Shown here piece after piece: positions 22,251-34,987 of a stretch of DNA of 63,650 bases (position 1 is its first letter; every line of letters begins with the position of its first letter). Below the pieces are notes generated by a model. The model saw nothing but the letters and a program-made list of their open reading frames with translations. It was not told where the DNA came from and ran no database searches. The position numbers and the translations under genes were made by a program. Where the stretch lies: NCBI RefSeq assembly GCF_001194135.2, contig NC_068985.1:36115616-36179265 (forward strand). The letters are read 5' to 3'. The stretch is from Octopus bimaculoides. Lineage: Eukaryota.

Positions 22251-23528
22251 TTAGGTCATCCCATAAATAATGTGGTTTTTTTATACTTATTTTATTTTCA
22301 AAATTAATATGAACAAAGTCCTTTTTTAATCTAAAATATACTTTCCTTCATTTTCTACAACACTCTTCCATTTATCTGGTAGACTTGCAAGGACCCTCTT
22401 CCAAAATTCACTTGTCTGTGATAAAAACTCTTCTAGTACTGTTTTGACTTCATCTAAAAGTTTATATTTTTTCTGTCCAAATGATTTTGAAAACTGCAGA
22501 ATAAATAATAATCAGATGGGTCAATGTCTGGCGAATATAGTGGGTGGGGCATCATTTCCCATTCAAACTGTTCCAGTCTTTGGAATGTCATCTTCACTAT
22601 ATGTGATCAAGCATTATCCTGATGGAAGAACACCTTTCATCTTGAAACCAAAGATGGTCGTTTTTCTTCTAGCACTGACTTAAATTGCTCAAGCTGCTCA
22701 CAGTTGATCTCCTTTGTTATCATTTGGTTTGGGTTTAAAAGTTCAAAATGGACTAAACCTTTCATATCCCACCAAACAGATAACAACATCTAATGCGGAT
22801 GAAGACCTTCTTTAGCCTGGAGTGCCACTGGTTCTCCTTTGCCTTCCCACTGTCTTTGACACTTGACATTTTTATAAAGAACCTATTTCTTGTCACCAGT
22901 CACTATTTGGTCCAAAAAAGGTTCATTCGTGAGACATGACAACAAAGAAGTACATGCATTCACTCTCTGTGCACGATTAGACTCAGAAAGTTTGTGAGGA
23001 ACCAACTAACCCAATTTGCTGACTTTTCTGATGGCATGCAGATGTTAATGAATTGCTGAATGACCAAAACCAAGCTTCTCTGCTAGTTCCTCAACAACTA
23101 TGAAGGGATTTTGTTCCACCATTGTTTGCAGGACATCCTCGTCAAGGTCTACAGATCTTCCAGGACAAAGGTCGTCTTCTAGGCTGTAGTTTCAGGCTTG
23201 GAATTTCTGGAACTACCATTGATACTGGCTTACTCTTATTGTCTGATCCTCATATACTGCATTAATATTCCTCGCACTTTCCATTGTTGCCTTTATTGAA
23301 CTCATAAAGCAAAATATGCTGAATATGCTCCTTTGTCACTTCCATTATAGCTTTGAAAAGAATAACTGTTAAAATCGAACTGCACTCTTCAAAACTTGCA
23401 CTAAGAATAAGGACAAGATAAAATTACTATCTACTTTTATAGCAAGTTGATGCAGGTATTTTATCCCATCCCCCTCCGACCTTTACTTCATGCAATTGAA
23501 AAACTGCATCATTTATGGGATGACCCTA
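22251..23528 (-). mobile_element. Full-length defective mariner (cecropia/Hsmar1-like), 1278 bp
   Basis: TIRs TTAGGTCATCCCATAAATAATGTGGTTTTT and TAGGGTCATCCCATAAATGATGCAGTTTTT; ATG at 23345 gives MEVTKEHIQHILLYEFNKG..SARNINAVYG; later HPLYSPDIDPSDYYLF; TA at the right flank. Confidence 0.9.
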
Positions 23529-23587
23529 TATATATATAGATATACATATACACACGTAATTGTGTGTGTATATGTATATCTATCAAC

Positions 23588-23627
<40 letters not shown>

Positions 23628-25789
23628 TATAGTGGAAGTGAGATGTAAATCTTTGATAAGTTCATATTGACATTCTTTATGACACTGTTCCCTTTGGGTT
23701 TTTTTATTATTATTCACTTCATATCAAGGACTTAACAATACATATTTTTATCATAACTTTCAGTTTTGAACATTAGATGTGGTAACAAAGCTTTCTTCTA
23801 AGCCCTAAAGGTTTTTAATGCCCTCCCTTTTCATTTCGAAATGTTTTAATTCAGTTGATATGTTCTGAAATGCATTGCAAAGTATGTTTTCCTGTGATTT
23901 CTACTCCTTTATTTCTAAAGTCACTTATATTGTTCACCATTCTTTGAAATCTTCAGTTGGTGAATATATCTTTACTGGACTATTTTCTAGTTTTTCTAAT
24001 TTTAGGCATTTACAGCATACTATAAATATTCTTACTCATTCACTCAGCTTCCCTAACTGGCTGGTGATTACAAGTTGTTTTAGCTTTAAGCAAGTTTAAT
24101 GAACTTCTAAGCGTATATGCTTCCAGATTGTATTTTAAAATGTATTTTGTTTTGAGATTATTGATGTTAGACATTAACTGCAAGTATAGCTTCAATTTTG
24201 TTAAAAAGATATTGCTTTAGACTGCTGTCAAAATTAGTCTTTCATTCAATTCTATTTTCAAATTACACTCATATTTGCCAAAAGTATTTTCTTTCAAATA
24301 GAGAATATAATTAAATTTTTAGTTTTGTTAACTTTACAGTTGCTGTATTCTCGAACAGAAATGTTGCACAGAAATGGCATGGTGCTTTTCCTTTCTTTTC
24401 TCTTTCCACAAAACCATTTTAAAGGATGAAATGTTAATTCTTAATTTTCTTTCTTTTTGAAATTCCCTCAAAAGCACAAGTAAATTAAATTTGTGATCGG
24501 AAAATAAGTCATATAGAAATATTGAAAAATAGGAAACAAAGTGTTAAAACATGTTAATATTTCAGTTCTGTATTTTGTTAGTAGAAGGCATATAGTTATA
24601 GCTACATAAGATCACTGAAGGATGCTAATTTTATCATTTGCCGTTCCTTAAAATATTTTTACTGTGCATTTTACTGAAACCTTTATTTTCAAAGTTTTGA
24701 AATTTTAAGATTAAATTCTATGGACTCATTCTAATTATTATCTCATTTTTTGAAAGAATACTTGACTAGTGATATTTCATTTACCTCAGATGTGGAGACA
24801 CTGCAAAAATGTTATCATCCTTCCCCCAGGATAATTTGCAGATGATATTTAACATCTTATAGCACTTCTAGGTGGTGACAATTTGCAATAATACAAAACT
24901 GTTGGCTTCAATAATCACATTCAGCTGTCACTGGGTAATAAAGTTATTAACAGATAGAATTCATTTATTTTTTCCTATGATAATAATATATGGAATTGGC
25001 ACCCGAAATACCATTATTTGGAAATAATTTATACAAATAAACTTCTTTTTTGTATAAATTTAGTTTTTTAACATTTTAATTTAAGAAGTTTCAACTTGCA
25101 TACTTGATCCAAAGCAATTTAGGTGGTAGCTTCCCAGAAGGGTGTATAGCTGTGAAATCTGCATAACATACAACCATTGGAAAGCATGATAAATCTAATT
25201 AAATTCAAGGCTACTGTATGAAGTATGAGGGATAAAAGGGAAAGACAACATATTCATTTGTGTAAAAGTCTTAAAACAAAGAAGGCTCTTTGGCAGTGGT
25301 TTCCAGGGTTTTCTATGCCTCACACCCTTTGGGAATGTTTGATTAATTTTCATATTCTTACACAAGTAATATCATATAAGAAGATGAAAAATCAATTTTC
25401 TAATTTTTTTTAACTGAATTTTTTTACTAATTTTTTTTAACTAATTTTTTTTAACTGAACCACATACCAGTATTGTGGGTGAACAAACTGAACTTCAAAA
25501 CTATAAAATATAAAAATATAAAAGTGCAAATACAAAATGAGCAATTATAAGAAAAAAAACCCAGTTAACAATGAAATCAATTACAAATGTGAACATAAAA
25601 TTCAATTGCTTCTTTGTTTTATTTCTCATTCATGACTTTATTGAAAAGTAAAACTTTCTTGCTGATTGTGTCCACAGGTCTATGGGTTCAGGCAATCCCT
25701 AGATTCTCTTTGAGATCCAGATACATACAAAATATGTCATAACAATGACACAATCCTTGGTCATAATCCCTACAGATTTTAATCTACAT

Positions 25790-25950
25790 ATGTTGGTGTT
25801 AAGAAGGGTATCCAGCTGTAAAAACCCTACCAAAACAGACACAGTAGCCTGGGATAATCTTCTACCTGGACAGCTCCTGTCAAACTGTCCGACCATTACC
25901 TGTATGGACGGCGGACATTAAACAATGATGATGGTAATGGTGATGATGAT
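25790..25950 (+). mobile_element. RTE 3' tail fragment
   Basis: AAGAAGGGTATCCAGCTGTAAAAACC..GGACATTAAACAATGATGATG. Confidence 0.7.
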
Positions 25951-26363
25951 GTAGAATAATAAAGTTCTTCAGGTGCATAACAGAGCAATTTTTTTTTTTT
26001 TAAGAGTTAATTTTATCCTGAAAAGCAGTTTCAATAGATATACATTTCCACTTGTTGTTATACCCCTGAAATACCATCTCATACCTGTAGGGTGTAGGTA
26101 CTCAATGCTGGGGATCCTTGTTTTATAGGGTTGATCATTATTTAAGAAATAGCAGCTAAATATCCCTGAAATTACACCCTGTCATCTTAACAACAAAAGG
26201 ATTTAGCTCTGGAGTGAATTGTAGTACTCATGGCTCTTTTTTTTTTAGAACCACAAAGACTGGTAGGGAAAGGGAAGAAGTCATTCCCAACTGAAGTATT
26301 TCTCTGGATGCATGCTATTGAGTGACCTCTACTAAAAGCACTCCAAGGACCAGATTGAATCTC

Positions 26364-26405
<42 letters not shown>

Positions 26406-26659
26406 CTCTCCCCTCCATCCCTCCTCTCCCCCCTCTCTCTCTTATGCTATGCCAGTTGCTGTCAACAATTATGGACTAGGTCTGCTGGATCAGGACTGGA
26501 CTAGGAATATTCAGCCTATAACCAAATTTCTGAGGCAAATAATTATACAGGATATGTGAACTGTGGTTTAAGTGAGTAGGAATTAAAATGTTGAATTAAA
26601 ATGCTGAACATCATAACTAGTCACCTATCTGTCATTTCCATTTCAAACTCTCATCATCA

Positions 26660-28200
26660 TCATCATCATCAGTTAACATATGCTTTCAATAGTGGCATGG
26701 GTTGGACGGTTTGAGTGAAAACTGGTAAGCTGGGGGCTGCACCAGGTTCCAATTTGATTTGGCAAGGTTTCTATGGGTGGATGCATTTCCTAACACCAAC
26801 CACTCCAAGAGTGTAGTGGGTGCTTTTTTACATGCCAGTGGCATTGGCCATGACTATAGTCTCTCTTGGCTTGATAGGTCAACACAAGCACAGTATATTA
26901 CCAAGGGTCTTGGTCACCTGTCACTGCCTTCATGAGGCCCAACTCTTAAATGGTGCTTTTTACATGCCACCAGCATGGGTGCCAGTCAGATGGCACTGGC
27001 ATTCACCACAACTGCAATTTCACTCATTTCAACAGGCCTTCACGAGCATGGCATCGGCCATGACTATGATCTCATTCAGCTTGATGTCACTGCTTCCATG
27101 AGGCCCAACGCACGAATGGTGATTTTTACATGCCACTGACATGGGTACCAGTCAGATGGCACTAGCATCAGCCACAATTATGATTTCACTCAGTTTAGCT
27201 GGTCTTCATAAGCACAGTATATTGCCCAATGATTGAAGGGTGCTTTTAATGAGCCAGTTAAATGAAACTATCACTGGCCATGATTATGATCTCAAGCACA
27301 GCATATCTCCAAAGGTCTCGGTCACTTGTCATTGCCTCTGTGAGGCCCAACATTCAAAGATCGTGCTTCATCACCTCATCTCATGTCTTCCTGGGTCTAC
27401 CTCTTCCAAAAGTACCCTCCACCATTAGAGTGTGACACTTCATACAGCTGTCCTCGTCCATTCTAACCACATGTCCATACCAGCGCAATCGTCTCTCTTG
27501 CACACCACATCTGGTACTTCTTATCACTAACTTTTCTCTCAGGACATTTACACTCTGTCGTGCATGCACGCTGACATTACACATCCAGCAGAGCATACTG
27601 GCTTCATTTCTTACAAGCCCACGTATATCCTCAGCAGTCACAGCCCATGTTTCACTGCCATGTAGCATGGCTGTTAACACTCAGGCATCGTACAGTCTGC
27701 CTTTTACTCTGAGCAAGAGGTCCTTTGTTACCAACAGAGGTAGATGCTCTCTGAACTTTGCCCAGGCAATTCTTATTCTAGCAGCTATGCTCTCAGAGCA
27801 TCCACCCCTGTTACTGTCTTGGTCACCTAGATAATAGAAGCTATCGACTACTTATAGTCTCCCCCCCCCCCCGGAACGTGAGGGAATTTATTTTCTGTAC
27901 ATTTTTGGTGTTTATTGTACCTGTGCACCTTCCACACACAAAAGCTATCTTCCCTGTTAACTTTCCTTTGCTGTTGCTGCACTTCTTAAGTGTCCATAGC
28001 TTACACTAGGTACATCTTATGGAATTTCTACCTACGCCTTTTCTACAGATTGAGCAGGGCCATGTACCTGAAGGGATTTTTGATTTGTCTACCTTCCTAC
28101 TTACTAAGACTTTGGTTTTTGCTAGGTTAACTCTAAGGCCCTTCAATTCTAGACCTTACTTCCACACCTGAAACTACTCTAGTTCTGGTAGTGATTCAGT
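26660..28200 (-). mobile_element. 5'-truncated RTE LINE
   Basis: ORF 27381-27680 MLHGSETW..RRLRWYGHVVRM..GRGRPRKT (RTE C-terminal region), upstream RT remnants and the shared 3' tail. Confidence 0.85.
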
Positions 28201-28219
28201 TATAACAGCTCCATATATT

Positions 28220-28420
28220 AGTTTCAAATTTTGGCACAAGACTAGAAATTTCAGGGGAGGGGATAAGATAATTACGTTGACCCCAGTGTTCAAGTGGTAT
28301 TTACTTTATCGATCTCAAAAGGATGAAAGACAAACTTGACCTTGGTGGTCAAAACATAAAGATGGATGAAATGCCACTAAGCATTTTAACTGGTATGCTA
28401 ATGATTCTGCCAGCTCACCA
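28220..28420 (-). mobile_element. ATT-tailed SINE (family A)
   Basis: Same consensus as 16380-16593. Confidence 0.75.
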
Positions 28421-29206
28421 TTTTTCTACTTCTGTATATTATTAACTTGAGAACCACTTAATAAACAATAACATCAGAACTAAAAAGTATATAAAAACAT
28501 TATTTTACTTCAAAAATATACTGTAGTCTGCAGTAGATTTTACTTTAAAAATCTACTGTATTTTTTTTTAATGCAGTATAACTCTTATGCTTTTTTTTTC
28601 CTGTTTTTCCCTCATCAAATGTTCTCATAAATCCCATTCTCACAGAAGCTTCAGAGCAGTTACCAACTTCAAACTAATATTCTGAATCATTTTCATTATT
28701 ACAATATAATTAGGATCAATAAGTGTGGTGTAATTAGGAGATTTCAGACTACACTACAAACTTATTCATTGTTCAGTGGGTGGGTGTTATATAACATTTC
28801 ATTTAAATATGTTTAAAATAATAACATCATTGTTACTCTGAAGTTATATTTGTGTCTAGCTCCATGTTATATGAACACTTTTTTGTCTTTTGAGGATGCA
28901 ATACCCTTCACTAGATATATCTAGCAAAAATGTGCATGGATTACAATTAGCTCTTGGTTACTTTTACTGTATCTACATGAGTGAAATTCACTTTGGTAGT
29001 TGACTATTTATTCTGAATCAATGTGACTTTGGTTGTTGAACCATGATTACTTTTAATCTCTGCTCTATCTCCCATTAGTGGAATGCACATATTAGATGCA
29101 AAGAAGATTTTTTTGTACATTTTTTTAGGTAAAATTGCATCCAGTAGCTATCTTGAGTGTTTTATTGAGTGTTATGTTTTTCGCAATGTGTTATTAAATC
29201 CCTAAG

Positions 29207-31253
29207 ATGCTGCCCAAATGCCCTACACCTTCAAAGGTTTCTGACAGTGAACCTAAGCACCAGAAAAAGGTTATTATGCTCCATGAGAAGGTACAGCCAT
29301 TGCATATGTTCTGAGAAGGTAAAAGTTATGCTGCAGTAGGTTGTTGTTATGGTGTCAACGAAAGCACCATATGCTACATAAAGAAGAATGAGGTAGCAGT
29401 CAGGACTACCATAGCAGTAAGTTTCTGTGAAAGTGGCAAAAAGATAATGACAGTGAGAAATAAGGATGGAATCTTCCTTGGCTCTGTGGATCAGTGACTG
29501 CAAGAAGTAAAACATCCCCTTGAGTGGAAACATCATCTGCAAAAAAACAAAGATTATACCAGCAGTTTGACAGGGGAGATGGAGCAGAAGGCACCGAAGA
29601 ACTACAACCCAGGCCATTGGCAGCACCAGAGCCTGAAAATTTTCAACCCAGCAAGGGATGGGTTGACCATTTCCAGAAACAGTTTAAAATAAAGTGTTTC
29701 TCTGCATGGAGAGACAGCATCATCTAACAAAGAAGCTGCTGTGAAGTACCTTGAGGCCTTTAGGCAGATCATCAAGGACAAGGGATACAAGCCGGAATGG
29801 GTTTTCAATATGGACGAGACTGATTTGTTCTTGAAGAAGATGCCTTCCAGAACATACACCATGAAGGACAAAGCCAGAGCCCTAGGATTTAAGGCACAGA
29901 AGGACAGAGTGATGCTAATTATGTATGGCAATGCCACTGGCTTCATGATGAAACCAGAATTTATCTACAAGTCTACAAGCCTGAGGGCCTTCAAAAATAA
30001 GAATAAAATCTTGTTGCCTGTCCACTGGATGCACAACCCCAAGGCCTGGATTACCAAAAGTCTAACCTTGAATTGGTTCCCTCAATGCTTCATCCCTCAA
30101 GCCAAGGAATACCTCCAAAACGTATGCATGGAATTCAAGCTGTTGTTTGTTATAGATAATACTGGTGATCACTATTTGGATTTGAATTATGAGGGAGTCC
30201 AAGTCCAGTTCCTCCTTGCCAACACTACCTCCCTTATCCAGCCGATGGATCAAGGTGTGATCTGTGTCTTCAAGGCACTCAGAACTCTCTCCAACACCTT
30301 GTGGACACGATAGATTTGGATGAGAATTTCAAGTTAAAAGGAGTACTTGCATAATTCCATGATCGCAACATACCTGTCAGTAATCCACACTGCTCTTAAA
30401 GACATGAAAAAAGAAACCCTCATCATATGCTGGAAGAAGGTGTGGCTAGGACTATGAGGGCTTCTCACCTAAAGATATTCAGCACACGGCTGTCAGCAAT
30501 GTGGTGAAACTGGCAAAGGTACTTGGTGGCAAAGGTTTTGATGACATCATGCAAAATGTGGTCAACGACCTCATTGATGCCCACTCAAAAACCCTAACAG
30601 ATGAAGATTTGTTGGAGTTAACAAAGTCTGCCAGTGAAGGAAAGGAGGAAGCAACAGATCCAGAAGAAGAGGAGAATGAGGTGGGCCTGGCAATCAAATG
30701 TCTGTCCGACCTTTTAAGGAGAGCAAAGGGAATGCAAGGGAAGGCAGAAGCATGGGATCCCTATATGGTTCAGTCTCTCCAATTTAAAAATGCTATCGAT
30801 GCTGCCATGCAGACATATAAAACTCTCCTCACCACCATGAAGAAACAACGACAGCAACTTCCTATCACAATATTCCTCAAGCCCACCAAGAAAGCCTTGC
30901 ACGAAGATATGACATCCTCTAAAACACCTGAAGAAGAGGTGTCACCTGAAGGGCTTTAAATCTTTGCTGTGCAGTCATTACCTTCATTATTTTCATCATC
31001 ATCATCTTAAATCAATATCATTCATTATTGGTGAGTAACTGTACATTTTACTTTATTTTTTATTAAATTATTATTAAATACTANNNNNNNNNNCGATCTT
31101 ATATATATATACATACATACATACACACATATATAATATTTGACATTATATTTTGACATCTATAGACATTTTTATGGACTATGTCCAATATTTGTGGTTT
31201 TTCACTATTTGTGGGTGCTCTAGGAATGTAATCTCTGTGAATACCAGGGGACT

Positions 31254-31255
<2 letters not shown>
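29207..31255 (+). mobile_element. Defective Tigger/pogo transposon, coding region to probable right TIR
   Basis: From ATG 29207: MLPKCPTPSKVSDSEPKHQKKVIMLHEKV..GKSYAAVG..GVNESTI (CENP-B-type HTH), FQPSKGWVDHF, VFNMDETDLF..MPSRTY, IDNTGDH, ANTTSLIQPMDQGVI, acidic C-terminus ending 30959. TIR-like GTGAATACCAGGGGACT at about 31237-53. Left TIR not identified. Confidence 0.9.
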
Positions 31256-31321
<66 letters not shown>

Positions 31322-31509
31322 TACATATACATACATACATACATGTATATGAATATATGTAAAAGATATGCGTATATATATGCACATAAATCTCCTCTTT
31401 TTAAAAAAATTTTTATTTTATATTAATATTTTGCAGGAAATTGCCAGATAGATTATAATGCTTTACGGTTTTGTCGTGTGAAAATGTCTGCAATGTAGGT
31501 GCTACCTTG

Positions 31510-32062
31510 ATGATTATGGAACATTCAATTGACATGGAATCGGAAAATTGTAATGGCTATCAAGAACTTAATGAAATTGTGTTAAATGATACCAGTGTAG
31601 AAGAAAAAAGCAATGTCCCAGTCAGTGAATTAGTAAATAATGGGGATGCTGGTACCAATATATCTGCTGGGAGAGTGTTGTTGGCTGAAGATTCCACAGA
31701 CATTGGCGATACCTCAAGAGTTTCAACACCTGCAGTCTCCACACAAGATCCTGACCAAACAGATGCTGCCAGTGTCTACTCTTTATTTATGGAAAGAGAT
31801 GCACGTTATTTTTTCCAACATCCCTACAGTCGGTTGGCTGTTGCATACCTGGTGGTCATTGCTAACTTTCTTGTTTATGCTGAGGATCCAGTTGCTCACA
31901 GTGTCAAAGAGAGTCATGTGCCAGTTATAGGAAATGATTTTTCATTTCTCTTCACAAAATATCCAAGGAACAGGTTGACAAAGCTCAAGTTTATTTTATG
32001 GATGTGTGGGATCATTTCCGGACTTGTTCTGGGAAAACTTTTATTTCATGAAATGTTATTTA
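31510..32062 (+). CDS. TMEM117: TMEM117 ortholog, coding exon 1 (acidic N-terminal extension plus first TM segments)
   Basis: MERDARYFFQHPYSRLAVAYLVVIANFLVYAEDPVAHS...KYPR...GKLLFHEMLF matches the vertebrate TMEM117 N-terminus as recalled (MGKDFRYYFQHPWSRMIVAYLV...AEDPVSHS). First in-frame ATG 31510 (in-frame TAA at 31456-58 upstream); 31516 has better Kozak context. Acceptor TTTTGCAG ends 31436; donor A|GTAAGT at 32063, phase 1. Confidence 0.93.
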
Positions 32063-32715
32063 GTAAGTAACAATGCTTTTGCAATCATACATAATATTTT
32101 ACATATTTTTGTGTGTGTGTGTGTGTAATACATATTACATAACAGTTATATATGTATATATTGGATATCTGAGGTGAAAGTTTGTGTCTGATGTGGCAAT
32201 GTTTGTTGGTTTCATAACCCAAGTTGTTTGTTGGGATATATTGGTTGCTAATGAAAAACATCTAAAAATTCAATGGATAAAGAAGTGACTGTAGTTTCCT
32301 GGGCTACAGGAGTGTCTCAAATAAGTATTATTAAATTGATGTAAATAAAGAAACCTCCATTAGTTTTTGCATTGCTGCTGCATTCTACAGTGAACTGTAC
32401 CACTCTGTGATACCTATTTAGAGCTAAGTAAAATAGCTGTTGTGAGTTAATCATTTTAGTTATGAACAAATGCATTCTTGTATTATAGACAAAATACACC
32501 CTCGCTGTTTGTGGTGAAAAACAGTTTGCAAATTTGATGAGAATGAAGAATTAGTGTTAGTTAAAAAGTTGTAGTAAAATAAGAATGATTAATATATGAA
32601 AGGAAGCCATGAGATTAGATCTTTGGATATTGGTCAAGATAATGAAAGAGATGATTAATGGCAATATGATATATGCCAGCATGGGAAAATATTTATCTAT
32701 AAATATATATTTATA

Positions 32716-33120
32716 GGCGCAGGAGTGGCTGTGTGGTAAGTAGCTTGCTTACCAACCACATGGTTCTGGGTTCAGTCCCACTGCGTGGCACCTTGGGCAA
32801 GTGTCTTCTACTATAGCCTCGGGCCGACCAAAGCCTTGTGAGTGGATTTGGTAGACGGAAACTGAAAGAAGCCTGTCGTATATATGTATATATATATATG
32901 TGTATGTTTGTGTGTCTGTGTTTGTCCCCCTAGCATTGCTTGACAACCGATGCTGGTGTGTTTACGTCCTCGTAACTTAGTGGTTCGGCAAAAAGAGACT
33001 GATAGAATAAGTACTAGGCTTACAAAGAATAAGTCCTGGGGTCGATTTGCTCGACTGAAGGCGGTGCCCCAGCATGGCCACAGTCAAATGACTGAAACAA
33101 GTAAAAGAGTAAAAGAGAGT
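32716..33120 (+). mobile_element. Young tRNA-derived SINE (family B) in TMEM117 intron 1
   Basis: GGCGCAGGAGTGGCTGTGTGG..GGTTCAGTCCC head, CORE-like GGCACCTTGGGCAAGTGTCTT block, many CpGs retained. Confidence 0.9.
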
Positions 33121-33302
33121 TATATGTGTGTATACATATGCATATATATATATGTCTGTGTATGCATATATGCATGCACGTGTGTGTGTGTGTGATGATG
33201 ATCATATATTGAGTTTGAATATGTTTCTCTAAATAACTCTACTGTATACATTCATATATTATATATATTGTTTTTTGTTTTGTTTTGTTTTTTTAAAACT
33301 AG

Positions 33303-33538
33303 AACGCTATTTTAAACTGAAGATGTTTCAAAAGTCACATGGTTCTTGGATGACTATGTTTATGACAGTATTAGTGTGTTTGCTTATCTTTTCCTACATT
33401 TACAATGGTTGCCTTTACATTGCTGGAGAGGAGGCCCAAGAATATATCATCACAACAGCAATGGGTATTACCAACGGCTTCTTTATGAAAGGAGCTGCCT
33501 GTGGGACCTGGTGTGGTGACTTCTTCACTGCTTGGATG
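33303..33538 (+). CDS. TMEM117: TMEM117 coding exon 2
   Basis: Acceptor CTAG ends 33302 after a T-rich tract; phase 1 gives K-RYFKLKMFQKSHGSWMTMF...GTWCGDFFTAWM, matching the family motif HGSWMTMF...GTWMGDFVTAWM. Donor ATG|GTATAC, phase 0. Confidence 0.95.
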
Positions 33539-33732
33539 GTATACTTCCATTTTTCTTTATCAATTTGATTTTTTTTTCTTAAATAAAAAAAAAAAAATTT
33601 ACTTTCTTTTTGGTTACTAATGTTGTTTGCTGTCTCTATGTATAATCAGTGGCTTTAAAATTCAAATATTATCCATAGCTTTTCTATAATTTGAAAAACA
33701 TTGATTATTTTATTTATTCATTCATTACTATT

Positions 33733-33888
<156 letters not shown>

Positions 33889-34729
33889 CATGTGCACATG
33901 TGAAAAGGTTTCTGCTTTTCTGAACTAACAAACTGTATATCAACTTTACAAACCAAGTCCACTTAACTTTTCCTCTTCTAGTCATTCCCATTGTATCTCC
34001 GTTCCTAAGCACAATGTTCAAACTTCCTACCCAGAACTGCAGTTTTCCCTGTAGCTTCCTACTTGCCTATGTTTTCCTTCAGTTTTCTGAAAGCATCAAT
34101 TTCAACATTATGGTATTATCCCATACATTGAACAAAGCTCATCATCTTTTGACTAAAAAATAAAAATATCTCTTAACATTTATATTATTCTAAATAACTT
34201 AGCTTTTGCTATATTGCTACACTTAGGGATGGACATTTCGTTATCCTTATATTTATCGTCTATTCTTTACTTTGACCATTCTTCCACTTCACTAACACTC
34301 ATTACCATTTCCTTCTCCTCCTCCTTTATTCTTCACTGTTATAATAATTTTCCTACACTCTCGATTCTTCTAATCTATTTATCCTGCACAATCAATTTGT
34401 ATTTCATCTCTCCTCACCAAAGAATTCTGCTCAAATTTTAGTCTTCTTTTCTTCCTTAGAATCATGAAAAGTAATTTATTCTCTCTCCTCTATTAATAAT
34501 TGATAATTAAAAATAGAAATACTAAAACATAAATTTAAATTATTCAAAAATCTACTATACCCCATAGCATCATTGTTTAAAGCCATGTGGCTCATATATT
34601 CTCTAACCTATGTAGTTTTGATTTAAGGTTTACCAAGAGTCCAGTGTAAAGCATTAAATTAGTATTTACTAAATTTTTTTCAAAAATAAATGACTTTAAT
34701 TGTATTGTTTATTCTACTATTCTTATCAG

Positions 34730-34987
34730 GTAACAGACATTATGTTACAGGAGAAACTCTACCCACACTGGGCCCACAACATCAGGAAATGGTGGAAAGA
34801 AGGCTTTCATCGCATTGTACTATTTTGGACATCAATGAGTGCTACTACATTCATAGTTGTGTTTATTATAGCTACAGATTACATCAACTGGGATCGTCTG
34901 AACCATGGATTTCTTCCATCAAATGAACTCACTCGATCCTTTGGTGCTTCTTTTATTTTAGTTATGGATATTATCATTGTTACACAG
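34730..34987 (+). CDS. TMEM117: TMEM117 coding exon 3
   Basis: Acceptor TTATCAG ends 34729; 258 nt = VTDIMLQEKLYPHW...INWDRLNHGFLPSNELTRSFGASFILVMDIIIVTQ; donor CAG|GTTTGT, phase 0. Confidence 0.95.

Noticed and set aside
24770-24945. Candidate 5' UTR exon for TMEM117 (CTCAG acceptor, weak donors)
   Set aside because: Such sites are common in AT-rich DNA; cannot be supported without transcript data.
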